Virus record (IMG/VR): IMGVR_UViG_3300010158_000052
Length of the DNA: 20,000 nucleotides
Strand: one strand, 5' to 3'
Source: an uncultured virus (IMG/VR IMGVR_UViG_3300010158_000052)
Taxonomy: Duplodnaviria > Heunggongvirae > Uroviricota > Caudoviricetes
Shown piece by piece: positions 7,720 to 15,475 of the stretch (position 1 is the first letter of the stretch; every line of letters begins with the position of its first letter). Both the position numbers and the translations under genes were made by a program. The notes beneath the pieces are model-generated. The model was not told the DNA's origin and did no database searches. It was given only the letters and a program-made list of their open reading frames with translations.

Positions 7720-8130
7720 ATGCGTGATCCGCATTTAAAAATTCTAAACATATTACAGGTCATGGCAGAAACAGTTCCTGTTGAATTTAGAGGAAGGCTT
7801 GCTGCTGCTGTTGTACATAGAAATGAGATACTTTCGTTTGGTGTAAATCAAATGAAGTCACATCCATTTCAACGTCAATATTCTTCTAACGAAGATTCTA
7901 TCTATCTTCACGCTGAGACTGATGCTATAAAAAATGCATTAAAAAAGCATGATATTGCGACAATTGCAAAATCAAAGCTTTACATTTGCAGAGTAAAGTA
8001 TGATAATGAGTTTGGGCGTACCCTTCAGTGGGGATTGTCTAAGCCGTGTGCAGGATGCCAAAAAGCTATTGCCACCTTTAATATTAAACATGTGTGTTAC
8101 ACAACAGATGATGGATATAATTGGTTATGA
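7720..8130 (+). CDS. Cytidine/dCMP deaminase-superfamily Zn deaminase
   Basis: HAE ... SKPCAGC catalytic motifs; LYICRV; IKHVCYT. Confidence 0.85.
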   Translation: MRDPHLKILNILQVMAETVPVEFRGRLAAAVVHRNEILSFGVNQMKSHPFQRQYSSNEDSIYLHAETDAIKNALKKHDIATIAKSKLYICRVKYDNEFGRTLQWGLSKPCAGCQKAIATFNIKHVCYTTDDGYNWL

Positions 8131-8672
8131 ATATTTTTATGTTAGACGAATGTCCCGTACAATCTGCTCAATCGATGGTAGATAGGCACGTTGTTAAGAT
8201 GATCCTAGAGTCCGCACAACTATTGTCAACTGCACACCGTGTGCTTGATGGTGCGCCTATAGAAGTTACTTTAGAAAAAGATGGCAAGCGCCGTAAGAAA
8301 ACGGTGTGGATTCTAGGAGACGGACGTAATGACATTCTTTATAGTGCTACTCATATTAATCATCCTTCTGCTATCTGGGCAAGGCAATCCATTAGCAACT
8401 ATAATTGGTTGGTTGATCATTTGTTTGCTCTTAGTGATGAGTATACCCATCGTTATAATAAGCGCCATGCTACTATGGCTAAGCTTGGGTATCTAATCCA
8501 ATCCCCACCATTCAATCTAAATGATTGGGATATGACACCAATGCCATCGTGTATGGATAAAGAATACATCATCTCTGATGATCCGATGATTAATTATAGG
8601 AATTATTATGTTAAAGGCAAATCACATTTAAAAAAATACACTAAGCGAGATATTCCTTATTGGTGGATTTAA
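8127..8672 (+). CDS. Pyrimidine-dimer DNA glycosylase/DenV-superfamily-like protein
   Basis: MNIF.LD..P..SAQ...DRHVVKMILESAQLLSTAH, THINHPSAIWAR, NYNWL, YRNYY. ATGA overlap with the deaminase gene. Confidence 0.75.
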   Translation: MNIFMLDECPVQSAQSMVDRHVVKMILESAQLLSTAHRVLDGAPIEVTLEKDGKRRKKTVWILGDGRNDILYSATHINHPSAIWARQSISNYNWLVDHLFALSDEYTHRYNKRHATMAKLGYLIQSPPFNLNDWDMTPMPSCMDKEYIISDDPMINYRNYYVKGKSHLKKYTKRDIPYWWI

Positions 8673-8675
8673 TCT

Positions 8676-8702
8676 AAAGCCTCCTTCGGGGGGCTTTTTT
8701 TT
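8676..8702 (+). terminator. Rho-independent terminator
   Basis: AAAGCCTCC-TTCG-GGGGGCTTTTTTTT: cUUCGg tetraloop plus U-tract. Confidence 0.93.
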
Positions 8703-8719
8703 GTTGGATTTTAATAAAG

Positions 8720-8726
8720 ATAAATA
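8720..8726 (+). promoter_or_regulatory. Late promoter (ATAAATA)
   Basis: Intergenic, just after the terminator and before the late block. Confidence 0.65.
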
Positions 8727-8754
8727 ACTAAAATCATTTCGTAGAGGCGAACCA

Positions 8755-9327
8755 ATGGCTAAGAAATTTTCGGATATTATTAAAGGTAGATTTGAAGCTT
8801 CTGGTCAAATCGTAAGAACTGCGTCTGGACAAGAACCCGATGAGATTATCATCAATCCGATGGAATCCGTAATCAATAAAGTTTTTGCCAGAAGTAAGAC
8901 GAATATAGAAGAAGAACATAGAATTACCGAAACAAATCCTGGTAGCGAAAAAACTCGTTATGCTGTTCGTAAGCATAGTAAGTCTGGTAAACCTATTGGT
9001 CAGCCTACTATTTTCACTACTCGTCGTGGCGCTGAAGAACATGTTGCTAGAGTAACTGAGGCAGTTATTCCTACTCCAACTGATAGCGCATTAGGTAAAA
9101 GTAAGTTTGGTGTTGATATTGGCATGGACGATCTTGATGGTGACGAAACTCAATTAAAGAGAAGAAGAGCCATGAAAAGAATTAAACAAATTTTTGCATT
9201 AGAGAGGGTTCTTGGATTTAGCGACAGGGAATACGAAGACCTAAAAGCTCCTCCAAAAGAACCAAATCCAGAAGTAGCGAAAAAAAGAATTGCTCGTAAA
9301 CTTGCTAAAAAAACAGAAATTAAGTAG
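8755..9327 (+). CDS. Hypothetical late protein (possible internal head protein)
   Basis: SD GAGG; charged, low in aromatics; several (I/V)-X-E sites. Confidence 0.7.
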   Translation: MAKKFSDIIKGRFEASGQIVRTASGQEPDEIIINPMESVINKVFARSKTNIEEEHRITETNPGSEKTRYAVRKHSKSGKPIGQPTIFTTRRGAEEHVARVTEAVIPTPTDSALGKSKFGVDIGMDDLDGDETQLKRRRAMKRIKQIFALERVLGFSDREYEDLKAPPKEPNPEVAKKRIARKLAKKTEIK

Positions 9328-9336
9328 GAGAATATA

Positions 9337-9777
9337 ATGTCAGTGGTTGCAGATAAATTAAAAGTTGTTTTAGCTGATACTTTTGCTATGTATCTTAAAA
9401 CTCATAACTATCATTGGAATGTAGAAGGCGCAGACTTTCCTCAGTACCATTCATTCTTTGATGGATTATATAATGAGCTTTGGTCAGCCACAGATGCTAT
9501 CGCAGAACACATTCGTGCCTTGGATGAATATTCTCCTGGCTCATTTTCTCGTTTCTCAGAACTAACAAACATCGAAGACGCTACTACTGTTCCAGATGCC
9601 CGATCAATGTTTTCAAGATTGTTGGCAGATAATGAAATTGTACTTAATACACTAAAAGAAGCATATGAAGCTGCTAATGATGCCAACGAAATTGGTCTAT
9701 CAAACTTCCTACAAGACAGAACAGACACCCATAAGAAGCATGGTTGGATGCTCAGAGCCACCTCCAAGAAATCATAA
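9337..9777 (+). CDS. dps: Dps mini-ferritin
   Basis: HNYHWNVEG..F..YH.FF..LY.E.....D.IAEHIRAL ferroxidase motifs; HKKHGWMLRA. SD AGGAG. Confidence 0.95.
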   Translation: MSVVADKLKVVLADTFAMYLKTHNYHWNVEGADFPQYHSFFDGLYNELWSATDAIAEHIRALDEYSPGSFSRFSELTNIEDATTVPDARSMFSRLLADNEIVLNTLKEAYEAANDANEIGLSNFLQDRTDTHKKHGWMLRATSKKS

Positions 9778-9780
9778 ATA
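9774..9780 (+). promoter_or_regulatory. Late promoter (ATAAATA)
   Basis: Overlaps the dps stop codon, upstream of ORF 9810. Confidence 0.65.
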
Positions 9781-9809
9781 GTAAGAAATTTTAATTAAAA
9801 GGACGAACC

Positions 9810-11063
9810 ATGTCATTTTCAGAAGAAGAACTAGAACACGATATCGAAACCATGACCGCCGAAGATTTTGAAGCCAAGTATTCTGGCGTCGATCTTGAAG
9901 AAGGTATGGCTAAAAGAGAAAATAAGTTGAAGAAGAATATTGCTACTACTAAACTTGGTATCCAGAAAAATAATTTTGGAAATCCAGAACTTGAAAAAGC
10001 TTTTGCTAGAATTGGTTCTGATGGCGGAAGAGCTTATGTAAAAGGTAAGCTACAACAGGGTAGAAAGATTCTTCGTAAGGAAGAAGTTGAACTTGGTGAA
10101 GAGCGTAAACCTAGTCCAATTGCAGGTACTCGTTTAGTTTCTACGCATACAGGTAAAGACGGTCGTCGTCATGAAGTTCGTTATAGTAAAGATTATAATG
10201 AATATCAAGTTCACCATTATGATCCCAAGGGCAAGCATATGGGCGAAGGTCCAGTTTCATATCATGGCGATGATAAAAAAGATGCTACAATTACTGCTAA
10301 TTATCACGCAAATAAAGTATCAGAAGATAAAGCACCTTGGATGGGTAAAAATTTAGATAAGCCAGCATATCAGCGTAAGGCTGAATATGAAAAGGCTAAG
10401 AAAGAAGGTCAAGGCGGTGGTCCTGCTCTTCATACTGCTAAGAATGAAGAAGTTGAACTCGAAGAAAAGTTAGCTGGTGGCGAAAAAAGTCGTCAAGCTT
10501 ATGCAGCTCGATATACTCCAACAGGCAAGAAGAAAAAGCCAGAAGTTGAAAAAGAAGCCGAACAGGTTGATGAGTTGTCAAGCAAAACTTATGGTGATTA
10601 TATTGGTAGCGCCAGTGCAAGTAAAAGTGCTCTTGCTCATGGCATTGGTAAGATTAATCAAAAAGCCGCAACTACAGGCACAACACCTAGAGATCGTGAA
10701 GATAGAAACGCTTTAAATAGAAAACACGCACAACGCTCAATAGGTATTGGAAGAGCTGTTAAAAATCTTACCAAAGGTGGGATTGAATTCGAAGAAGAGT
10801 GCGCTTCTTGCGAAGAAAAGAAACTTTCACCTAAGCAAATGAAAATTGCAAAGCTTGCTGGTGATCCTAATAAGATCGATGCTGAAGATTTCAAGAAGCT
10901 TCGTAAGGAAGAAACACAACGGGTAACTCCAGATACTCTTGTCAGCCGTAATAAGGCAGTTGAGCGTTCAATCATGGAAATTATGGCTACCAATCGTGAT
11001 CTTCGTCAAGAAGCTAAGATCGCTGCTTTCCAAAAGAACGCAAAGTCACAAGAAAAAGAATAA
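9810..11063 (+). CDS. Putative internal head/core protein with multiple prohead-protease sites
   Basis: Basic modules separated by VDLEE, EEVELGEE, VSE, EEVELEE, EQVDE and IEFEE. EQVDELSSKT...Y and LSPKQ.KI...KIDAEDFKKLR motifs are recalled from T4-like head proteins. Confidence 0.7.
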   Translation: MSFSEEELEHDIETMTAEDFEAKYSGVDLEEGMAKRENKLKKNIATTKLGIQKNNFGNPELEKAFARIGSDGGRAYVKGKLQQGRKILRKEEVELGEERKPSPIAGTRLVSTHTGKDGRRHEVRYSKDYNEYQVHHYDPKGKHMGEGPVSYHGDDKKDATITANYHANKVSEDKAPWMGKNLDKPAYQRKAEYEKAKKEGQGGGPALHTAKNEEVELEEKLAGGEKSRQAYAARYTPTGKKKKPEVEKEAEQVDELSSKTYGDYIGSASASKSALAHGIGKINQKAATTGTTPRDREDRNALNRKHAQRSIGIGRAVKNLTKGGIEFEEECASCEEKKLSPKQMKIAKLAGDPNKIDAEDFKKLRKEETQRVTPDTLVSRNKAVERSIMEIMATNRDLRQEAKIAAFQKNAKSQEKE

Positions 11064-11064
11064 C

Positions 11065-11247
11065 ATGTTCACTATTTCTAATGCTGCTACCATTACTAAT
11101 AGTGTTGGAGAAACAGTGAAAGAACTAAAGTCTGGGGAAGTACATCAAATTAAACTTCGTACTTCCCCAACTTACAACATTCAAGATTCAATAGTGAAAT
11201 TGGTCGATCCCGTAACAGAGTCTCGACCTATGTTATTAACAACCTAA
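11065..11247 (+). CDS. Hypothetical protein (60 aa)
   Basis: ATG 1 nt after the upstream stop; MFTISNAATITNSVGE... Confidence 0.6.
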   Translation: MFTISNAATITNSVGETVKELKSGEVHQIKLRTSPTYNIQDSIVKLVDPVTESRPMLLTT

Positions 11248-11254
11248 ATAAATA
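11244..11254 (+). promoter_or_regulatory. Late promoter (CTAAATAAATA)
   Basis: Overlapping CTAAATA/ATAAATA upstream of the structural gene. Confidence 0.65.
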
Positions 11255-11271
11255 AAACATAGGAGATAAAC

Positions 11272-12183
11272 ATGGCCTTATGGGGTAATTCAGACTATCA
11301 AAATAACGCACCTAAGTCTACGACTGTTACGTCAGACCGAGTTGCAAAGAAGAATATAACTGGAGCTGGTAACGTTGCTACAACAACTAGTGTTGCTATG
11401 CCTAGTGCAATAACATCGTTCAACAATACAACTGTTGGTGCATTCCAATCATTGTCTGCTATTGGTACATTTGGTGTAACAACCAATGAAACACAACAAG
11501 CTGGCGTGAAGGGTAAAGGAGTTTCTCCTGGTTGGGTTAACGTAAGATTTGGAACTGGACCAGTTACAGGGCTTACTATTGGTACTAGTAATGCTACTTT
11601 TAATACTACTAGCTTTTCCAACGGCGAAACAGTTGTAATCAGTGGAGGAACTTCAAATGGTTCAGCTACCATAACTACTAACGCCACATCAAACATCGTA
11701 AGTTTTTCCGTAACAAACGGTGGCTCTGGCTTTACTAATGCCGCTGCTGTTTCACTTGCCTTTGCTCGTCAAAAGAGAGTAAATTTAATTGTTGTTTCTG
11801 GTACTGCAACTGGATATAACAATACTGATATCTTTACTGTTTCTAATGGTATTTCTAATGCTACTGCTTCAGTTTCAACAAATGCAACTGGTGGCACACT
11901 AAGTTTCACTTTCACAAATCGTGGATTGTTTTCAAACACTGCTGCTAATGCTTCTGCTGTTGTTGCTGTTACCAATGCAACTGGTGGTGCTACTGGTGGT
12001 TCTGGCGCAACATTTTCTGCTAACTTGACTACAAGTGGAAACACTGGAGCAGTATTAAGTTCAACCTTTACTACAAGAACATTGGGTGGTCGTGCTAATC
12101 GTGTTCAATATGAAAATATTGCTTATATTCGTAGCATGGACACAACTGTTGACTCAGAAAATACCGTATTCGCTAATACCTAA
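11272..12183 (+). CDS. Virion structural protein (MALWG-type, Thr/Ser/Gly/Asn-rich)
   Basis: N-terminal MALWG, GWV, C-terminal GGRANRVQYE; central beta-rich modules containing TNGGSGFT. SD AGGAG. Confidence 0.75.
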   Translation: MALWGNSDYQNNAPKSTTVTSDRVAKKNITGAGNVATTTSVAMPSAITSFNNTTVGAFQSLSAIGTFGVTTNETQQAGVKGKGVSPGWVNVRFGTGPVTGLTIGTSNATFNTTSFSNGETVVISGGTSNGSATITTNATSNIVSFSVTNGGSGFTNAAAVSLAFARQKRVNLIVVSGTATGYNNTDIFTVSNGISNATASVSTNATGGTLSFTFTNRGLFSNTAANASAVVAVTNATGGATGGSGATFSANLTTSGNTGAVLSSTFTTRTLGGRANRVQYENIAYIRSMDTTVDSENTVFANT

Positions 12184-12188
12184 TATAA

Positions 12189-12232
12189 AATTGGAGGAGA
12201 TATGTCAAATATTATTAATATCTCCTCCAATT
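12189..12232 (+). repeat. Perfect 15-bp inverted repeat/hairpin
   Basis: AATTGGAGGAGATAT-N14-ATATCTCCTCCAATT. Confidence 0.9.
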
Positions 12233-12259
12233 CTACTTTGTAACTAGTAAAGCAATATT

Positions 12260-12652
12260 ATGAATGAAAAATTAGACGAAACCAATTTCTTATTATATGC
12301 CGCAAAATATTATGATAATCCACAATGTTTTGATACTCAAGAGTTTCTTGAAGATTTAAACAGGTTTAGATATATTAAGAGACTTTTAAAACGTTATAAA
12401 GAAACTGGTGAGTTAAAAGAACGTCTAATTTTAAACCATATCATTATCATTTATAATGTATTTGGTGTTCTTCCTGCCACAAGAATGTTATTTTTTAAAA
12501 TGACAAATATGCATTCTGAGCTTAAGCCTTTTCTAGAATTTTTAACTTATATGCCAAGTCGAATAGAAAATATTGGGTTCATTCCTAAAACATTAATCAG
12601 TGCAGATATTCCTTCTGATAAATATGTTGAAGAATGTTTAGCAAAAATATAA
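12260..12652 (+). CDS. Conserved T4-like phage hypothetical protein
   Basis: NFLLYAAKYYDNPQC...EF.EDL.RFRYIKRL...GELKERLILNHIII.YNVFG motif recalled from T4-like phages. Confidence 0.85.
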   Translation: MNEKLDETNFLLYAAKYYDNPQCFDTQEFLEDLNRFRYIKRLLKRYKETGELKERLILNHIIIIYNVFGVLPATRMLFFKMTNMHSELKPFLEFLTYMPSRIENIGFIPKTLISADIPSDKYVEECLAKI

Positions 12653-12663
12653 AGAGAATAACA

Positions 12664-12885
12664 ATGATGTCTTTCGTAGAATTTATATTGGCAGAAGATG
12701 GCGCAGTAGGCGGTGCTCCAGCGACTTCAACTGCTGGTGTAGTTGGTACAGGTGATGATAAGAAGACCGTTGTTGTTCGTCCAGAAATTAGAAACAAGTA
12801 TAAAGATGATAACGCTGCTTATCAAAAAAACAATACAGACTTAACTGGTATGATGAGACGCATTAATGGTCTCGGTATTAAGTAA
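12664..12885 (+). CDS. Small late protein with capsid-targeting-like N-terminus
   Basis: MMSFVEFILAE resembles the T4 CTS MKTYQEFIAE. ATAAATA at 12618-12624 lies upstream. Confidence 0.65.
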   Translation: MMSFVEFILAEDGAVGGAPATSTAGVVGTGDDKKTVVVRPEIRNKYKDDNAAYQKNNTDLTGMMRRINGLGIK

Positions 12886-13391
12886 TGTCTTTGTTTAATC
12901 TAATCCCTCTTCCATATAGAATATTAATCATCGCTCTTCTGTGCGGTGGTTTATTTTCGTTTGGATACTTAAAAGGTGCAGATCATTCTAAACAAGCTGA
13001 AGCAAAGTATGTTGCTGAACTTAATAAAAAATTAGCTGAAGCACAAATAAAAATAAATAAAAACAATGACGCCGTTGTGACTAAGTATGTTGATAAAGTG
13101 GTCACTATTACTAAAAAGGAATATGTTTATGTTAATCTTGCGACCTCAGTTGTTCCTTCTGACCATCTCATGTCTACTGGCTGGGTGCAGCTCCACAACG
13201 TCTCTGCAACCAACGGTGATAGTTCTAACGCCGCCAGCTATTCTGATGCAACCCCCACAACCATTAAAGACAATACCGCTCTCGCTATCGTTGTCGAAAA
13301 CTACGGAATCTGTGAAAAAAACTCCGAACAATTAAGAACTTTACAAGAATGGCTAATAACAACACAAAAAGCATTAGAAGGTAAAATGTAA
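12885..13391 (+). CDS. Rz: Rz-like inner-membrane spanin
   Basis: N-terminal TM, coiled coil, VVTKYVDKV, GWVQLHN, ENYGICEKNSEQLRTLQEW; contains an embedded lipoprotein ORF. Confidence 0.8.
   Translation: MSLFNLIPLPYRILIIALLCGGLFSFGYLKGADHSKQAEAKYVAELNKKLAEAQIKINKNNDAVVTKYVDKVVTITKKEYVYVNLATSVVPSDHLMSTGWVQLHNVSATNGDSSNAASYSDATPTTIKDNTALAIVVENYGICEKNSEQLRTLQEWLITTQKALEGKM
13129..13335 (+). CDS. Rz1: Rz1-like outer-membrane lipoprotein spanin embedded in +1 frame
   Basis: SD AAGGA 13116-13120; signal peptide MLILRPQLFLLTISCLLAG|C (lipobox LAGC, Cys codon 13186-13188); Pro-rich mature region. Confidence 0.8.
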   Translation: MLILRPQLFLLTISCLLAGCSSTTSLQPTVIVLTPPAILMQPPQPLKTIPLSLSLSKTTESVKKTPNN

Positions 13392-13852
13392 TGGCTGAAT
13401 TAGAGACCAGAGTCGCGTTACTTGAAAGAGAGCAAACTGGTCTCTCCTCGTTACTTGGACGATTTGATACCACTATAGAAAAATTAGCAGACGTATCAAA
13501 TTCAATTAAACAGCTATTAGCTGTACACGAGGTTCAATTGAAGAAGCACGACGAAGCAGACGACGAAATTTATATGTTACTAGATGCTCGTCGTGATGAG
13601 ATCGTGGCTCAAAATAATGTTATGCAACAAAAATTTAATGATCTTCATAATCAAGTTAAATTGGATATTACTTCTGTCGAGACATCTCTTATGTCTGAAA
13701 TGAAAGATATGAGAAATGACATGCACAAGCGTCATAAAGAATCAGAAAAAAGAACTGCTGTCTTAGAAAGATGGCGTTGGATAGCAATTGGTGTAATCGG
13801 CGCTGCCTTCATGTATTTTTCAAAAGTAAATATTTTTTCATTCATCCATTAA
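13391..13852 (+). CDS. Coiled-coil protein with C-terminal TM helix (conserved T4-like)
   Basis: RFDTTIEKL.DVS.SIKQLLAVHE and LERWRWIAIGVIGA. TAATG coupling to the spanin gene. Confidence 0.8.
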   Translation: MAELETRVALLEREQTGLSSLLGRFDTTIEKLADVSNSIKQLLAVHEVQLKKHDEADDEIYMLLDARRDEIVAQNNVMQQKFNDLHNQVKLDITSVETSLMSEMKDMRNDMHKRHKESEKRTAVLERWRWIAIGVIGAAFMYFSKVNIFSFIH

Positions 13853-13859
13853 AAATCAC

Positions 13860-13888
13860 TTGACAATCACATAAGCACCTGATATACT
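13860..13888 (+). promoter_or_regulatory. Sigma70-type promoter for primase
   Basis: TTGACA-N17-TATACT with extended -10 TG. Confidence 0.85.
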
Positions 13889-13917
13889 GGATGCTGAATT
13901 AATGATTGGATTTTGTT

Positions 13918-14916
13918 ATGTATTGGGTTGACGTTAAATATGCTATGCAACTTCGTGGACGATTGGACAAGTTCGTTGTCAAGAATCAATCACCACTGCT
14001 AATCAATTTCCGTTGCTATCTGTGCGGAGATTCAGAAAAAAACAAAACCAAAGCTCGTGGTTACATGTATGCACAGAAAGACACTGTGCATTATCATTGT
14101 CATAACTGTGGCGTGACAAAATCTATATCCAAAGTATTAAAAGAACTTGATCAACTCATGTACAAAGAATACTTGATGGAAACCTTTCAAAATGGAAACC
14201 AGAGAAAAGAAGATGCTCCTAGTATTTCTAATCCAAAACCTATATTTAAACGTCCTCCAGCAAACTTGGCTAAACTTAAGAAAGTCTCGCAGCTAGACCC
14301 AACCCATCCTGCAAAACTGTATGTGGTCGGCAGAGGTATTCCAACTAAGTATCATCACAAATTATATTTTTGTAGTAAGTTTGTTGCTTGGACAAATAGT
14401 ATGATACCAAACAAGCTTTCTCCAGAACATGAGCATTCTCGTCTCATTATTCCTTTGTTTGATAAGAATGGAGAAATGTATGGGTATCAGGGTAGAAGTC
14501 TAAGTTCAACTTCCAAGATGCGTTACATCACTATTATTCTTGATGAAGATGTGCCAAAGCTATACGGCATGGATACCTGTGATGTTTCAAAGACCCACTA
14601 TATAACAGAAGGACCAATTGACTCCATGTTCCTAGAAAATTCTATGGCCATGGTTGGGTCGGATGCTCCTTTAACGTGGTTTAATAAAGACACTGCTGTT
14701 TTTGTTTATGATAATGAACCTAGAAATAAAGAAATTGTAGCAAAGATAGCTAAGACAATTGCTCGTGGATATAAGGTAGTTATTTGGCCATCTTCTATTG
14801 ATAAAAAAGATATTAATGATATGGTGATGATAAATCTAGATGTAAATTCTATCGTTAAGGAAAATACGTTTAGCGGACTTGAGGCTATGGCAACGTTAGA
14901 AAAATGGAAAAAGTAA
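13918..14916 (+). CDS. 61: gp61-like DNA primase
   Basis: Zn finger NFRCYLCGDS...KARG...CHNCG; RLIIP; GYQGR; TOPRIM TEGPIDSMF; YDNEPRN; KDINDM. Confidence 0.96.
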   Translation: MYWVDVKYAMQLRGRLDKFVVKNQSPLLINFRCYLCGDSEKNKTKARGYMYAQKDTVHYHCHNCGVTKSISKVLKELDQLMYKEYLMETFQNGNQRKEDAPSISNPKPIFKRPPANLAKLKKVSQLDPTHPAKLYVVGRGIPTKYHHKLYFCSKFVAWTNSMIPNKLSPEHEHSRLIIPLFDKNGEMYGYQGRSLSSTSKMRYITIILDEDVPKLYGMDTCDVSKTHYITEGPIDSMFLENSMAMVGSDAPLTWFNKDTAVFVYDNEPRNKEIVAKIAKTIARGYKVVIWPSSIDKKDINDMVMINLDVNSIVKENTFSGLEAMATLEKWKK

Positions 14917-15203
14917 TGATCGATCCAAATGTAGTAGATGCAATCAATAGTGGATTTGCCTTTGTTGGCTCATTTTTTGTTATAGCTAATATTCGTACAA
15001 TGCTTAAAGATAAAGAACTTAAAGGGTCTTATTGGCTGACACCTTTGTTCTTTTACTGTGGTCAGTTGTGGGGTGCGTACTTCATGTGGACTATGGAAAA
15101 GTATTGGTCACTTGCAGGTGCAATAGTTCTCACTAGTCTGAACCTAACTTGGTATGGTATTATGATTTATTATAGGATAAAGGGAAAAAATGACAATAAG
15201 TGA
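14916..15203 (+). CDS. Small 3-TM membrane protein
   Basis: Three hydrophobic segments with a KDKELKG loop; TAATG coupling to primase. Confidence 0.75.
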   Translation: MIDPNVVDAINSGFAFVGSFFVIANIRTMLKDKELKGSYWLTPLFFYCGQLWGAYFMWTMEKYWSLAGAIVLTSLNLTWYGIMIYYRIKGKNDNK

Positions 15204-15366
15204 AGCAGTAGGATTTGCTCGTAGAACTCTAGCAGAGCATTATAATTTAGTTTTGATTGATGGTAAGATGCATGGTGATATTGAAGCAGCAAATGCTTAC
15301 AATAAACTAGCATCAGCATTTTGGTATTATGATAACAAAGAAGAATTGGACAAGTATCATGTCTAA
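15190..15366 (+). CDS. Hypothetical protein (58 aa)
   Basis: SD AAGGG; MTISEAVGFARRTLAEHY...DKYHV*. Confidence 0.65.
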   Translation: MTISEAVGFARRTLAEHYNLVLIDGKMHGDIEAANAYNKLASAFWYYDNKEELDKYHV

Positions 15367-15475
15367 GATTTATTGGTGGAAGTGGACTTATATCTATAAG
15401 GCATTTGGTCTAAAGTTTCGTATTCGTTATTCTGAAGTTAAGAACAGAATCTTTTGTTCATTAAGGAAAATATAA
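15359..15475 (+). CDS. Small basic/aromatic hypothetical protein (38 aa)
   Basis: MSKIYWWKWTYIYKAFGLKFRIRY...RKI*. The stop overlaps the thyX start (TAATG). Confidence 0.5.
   Translation: MSKIYWWKWTYIYKAFGLKFRIRYSEVKNRIFCSLRKI

Noticed and set aside
11272..12183. Many N-X-S/T sequons (14 of 33 Asn by hand count) suggesting glycosylation
   Set aside because: The protein is roughly 30% Ser+Thr, so the excess over chance is small.
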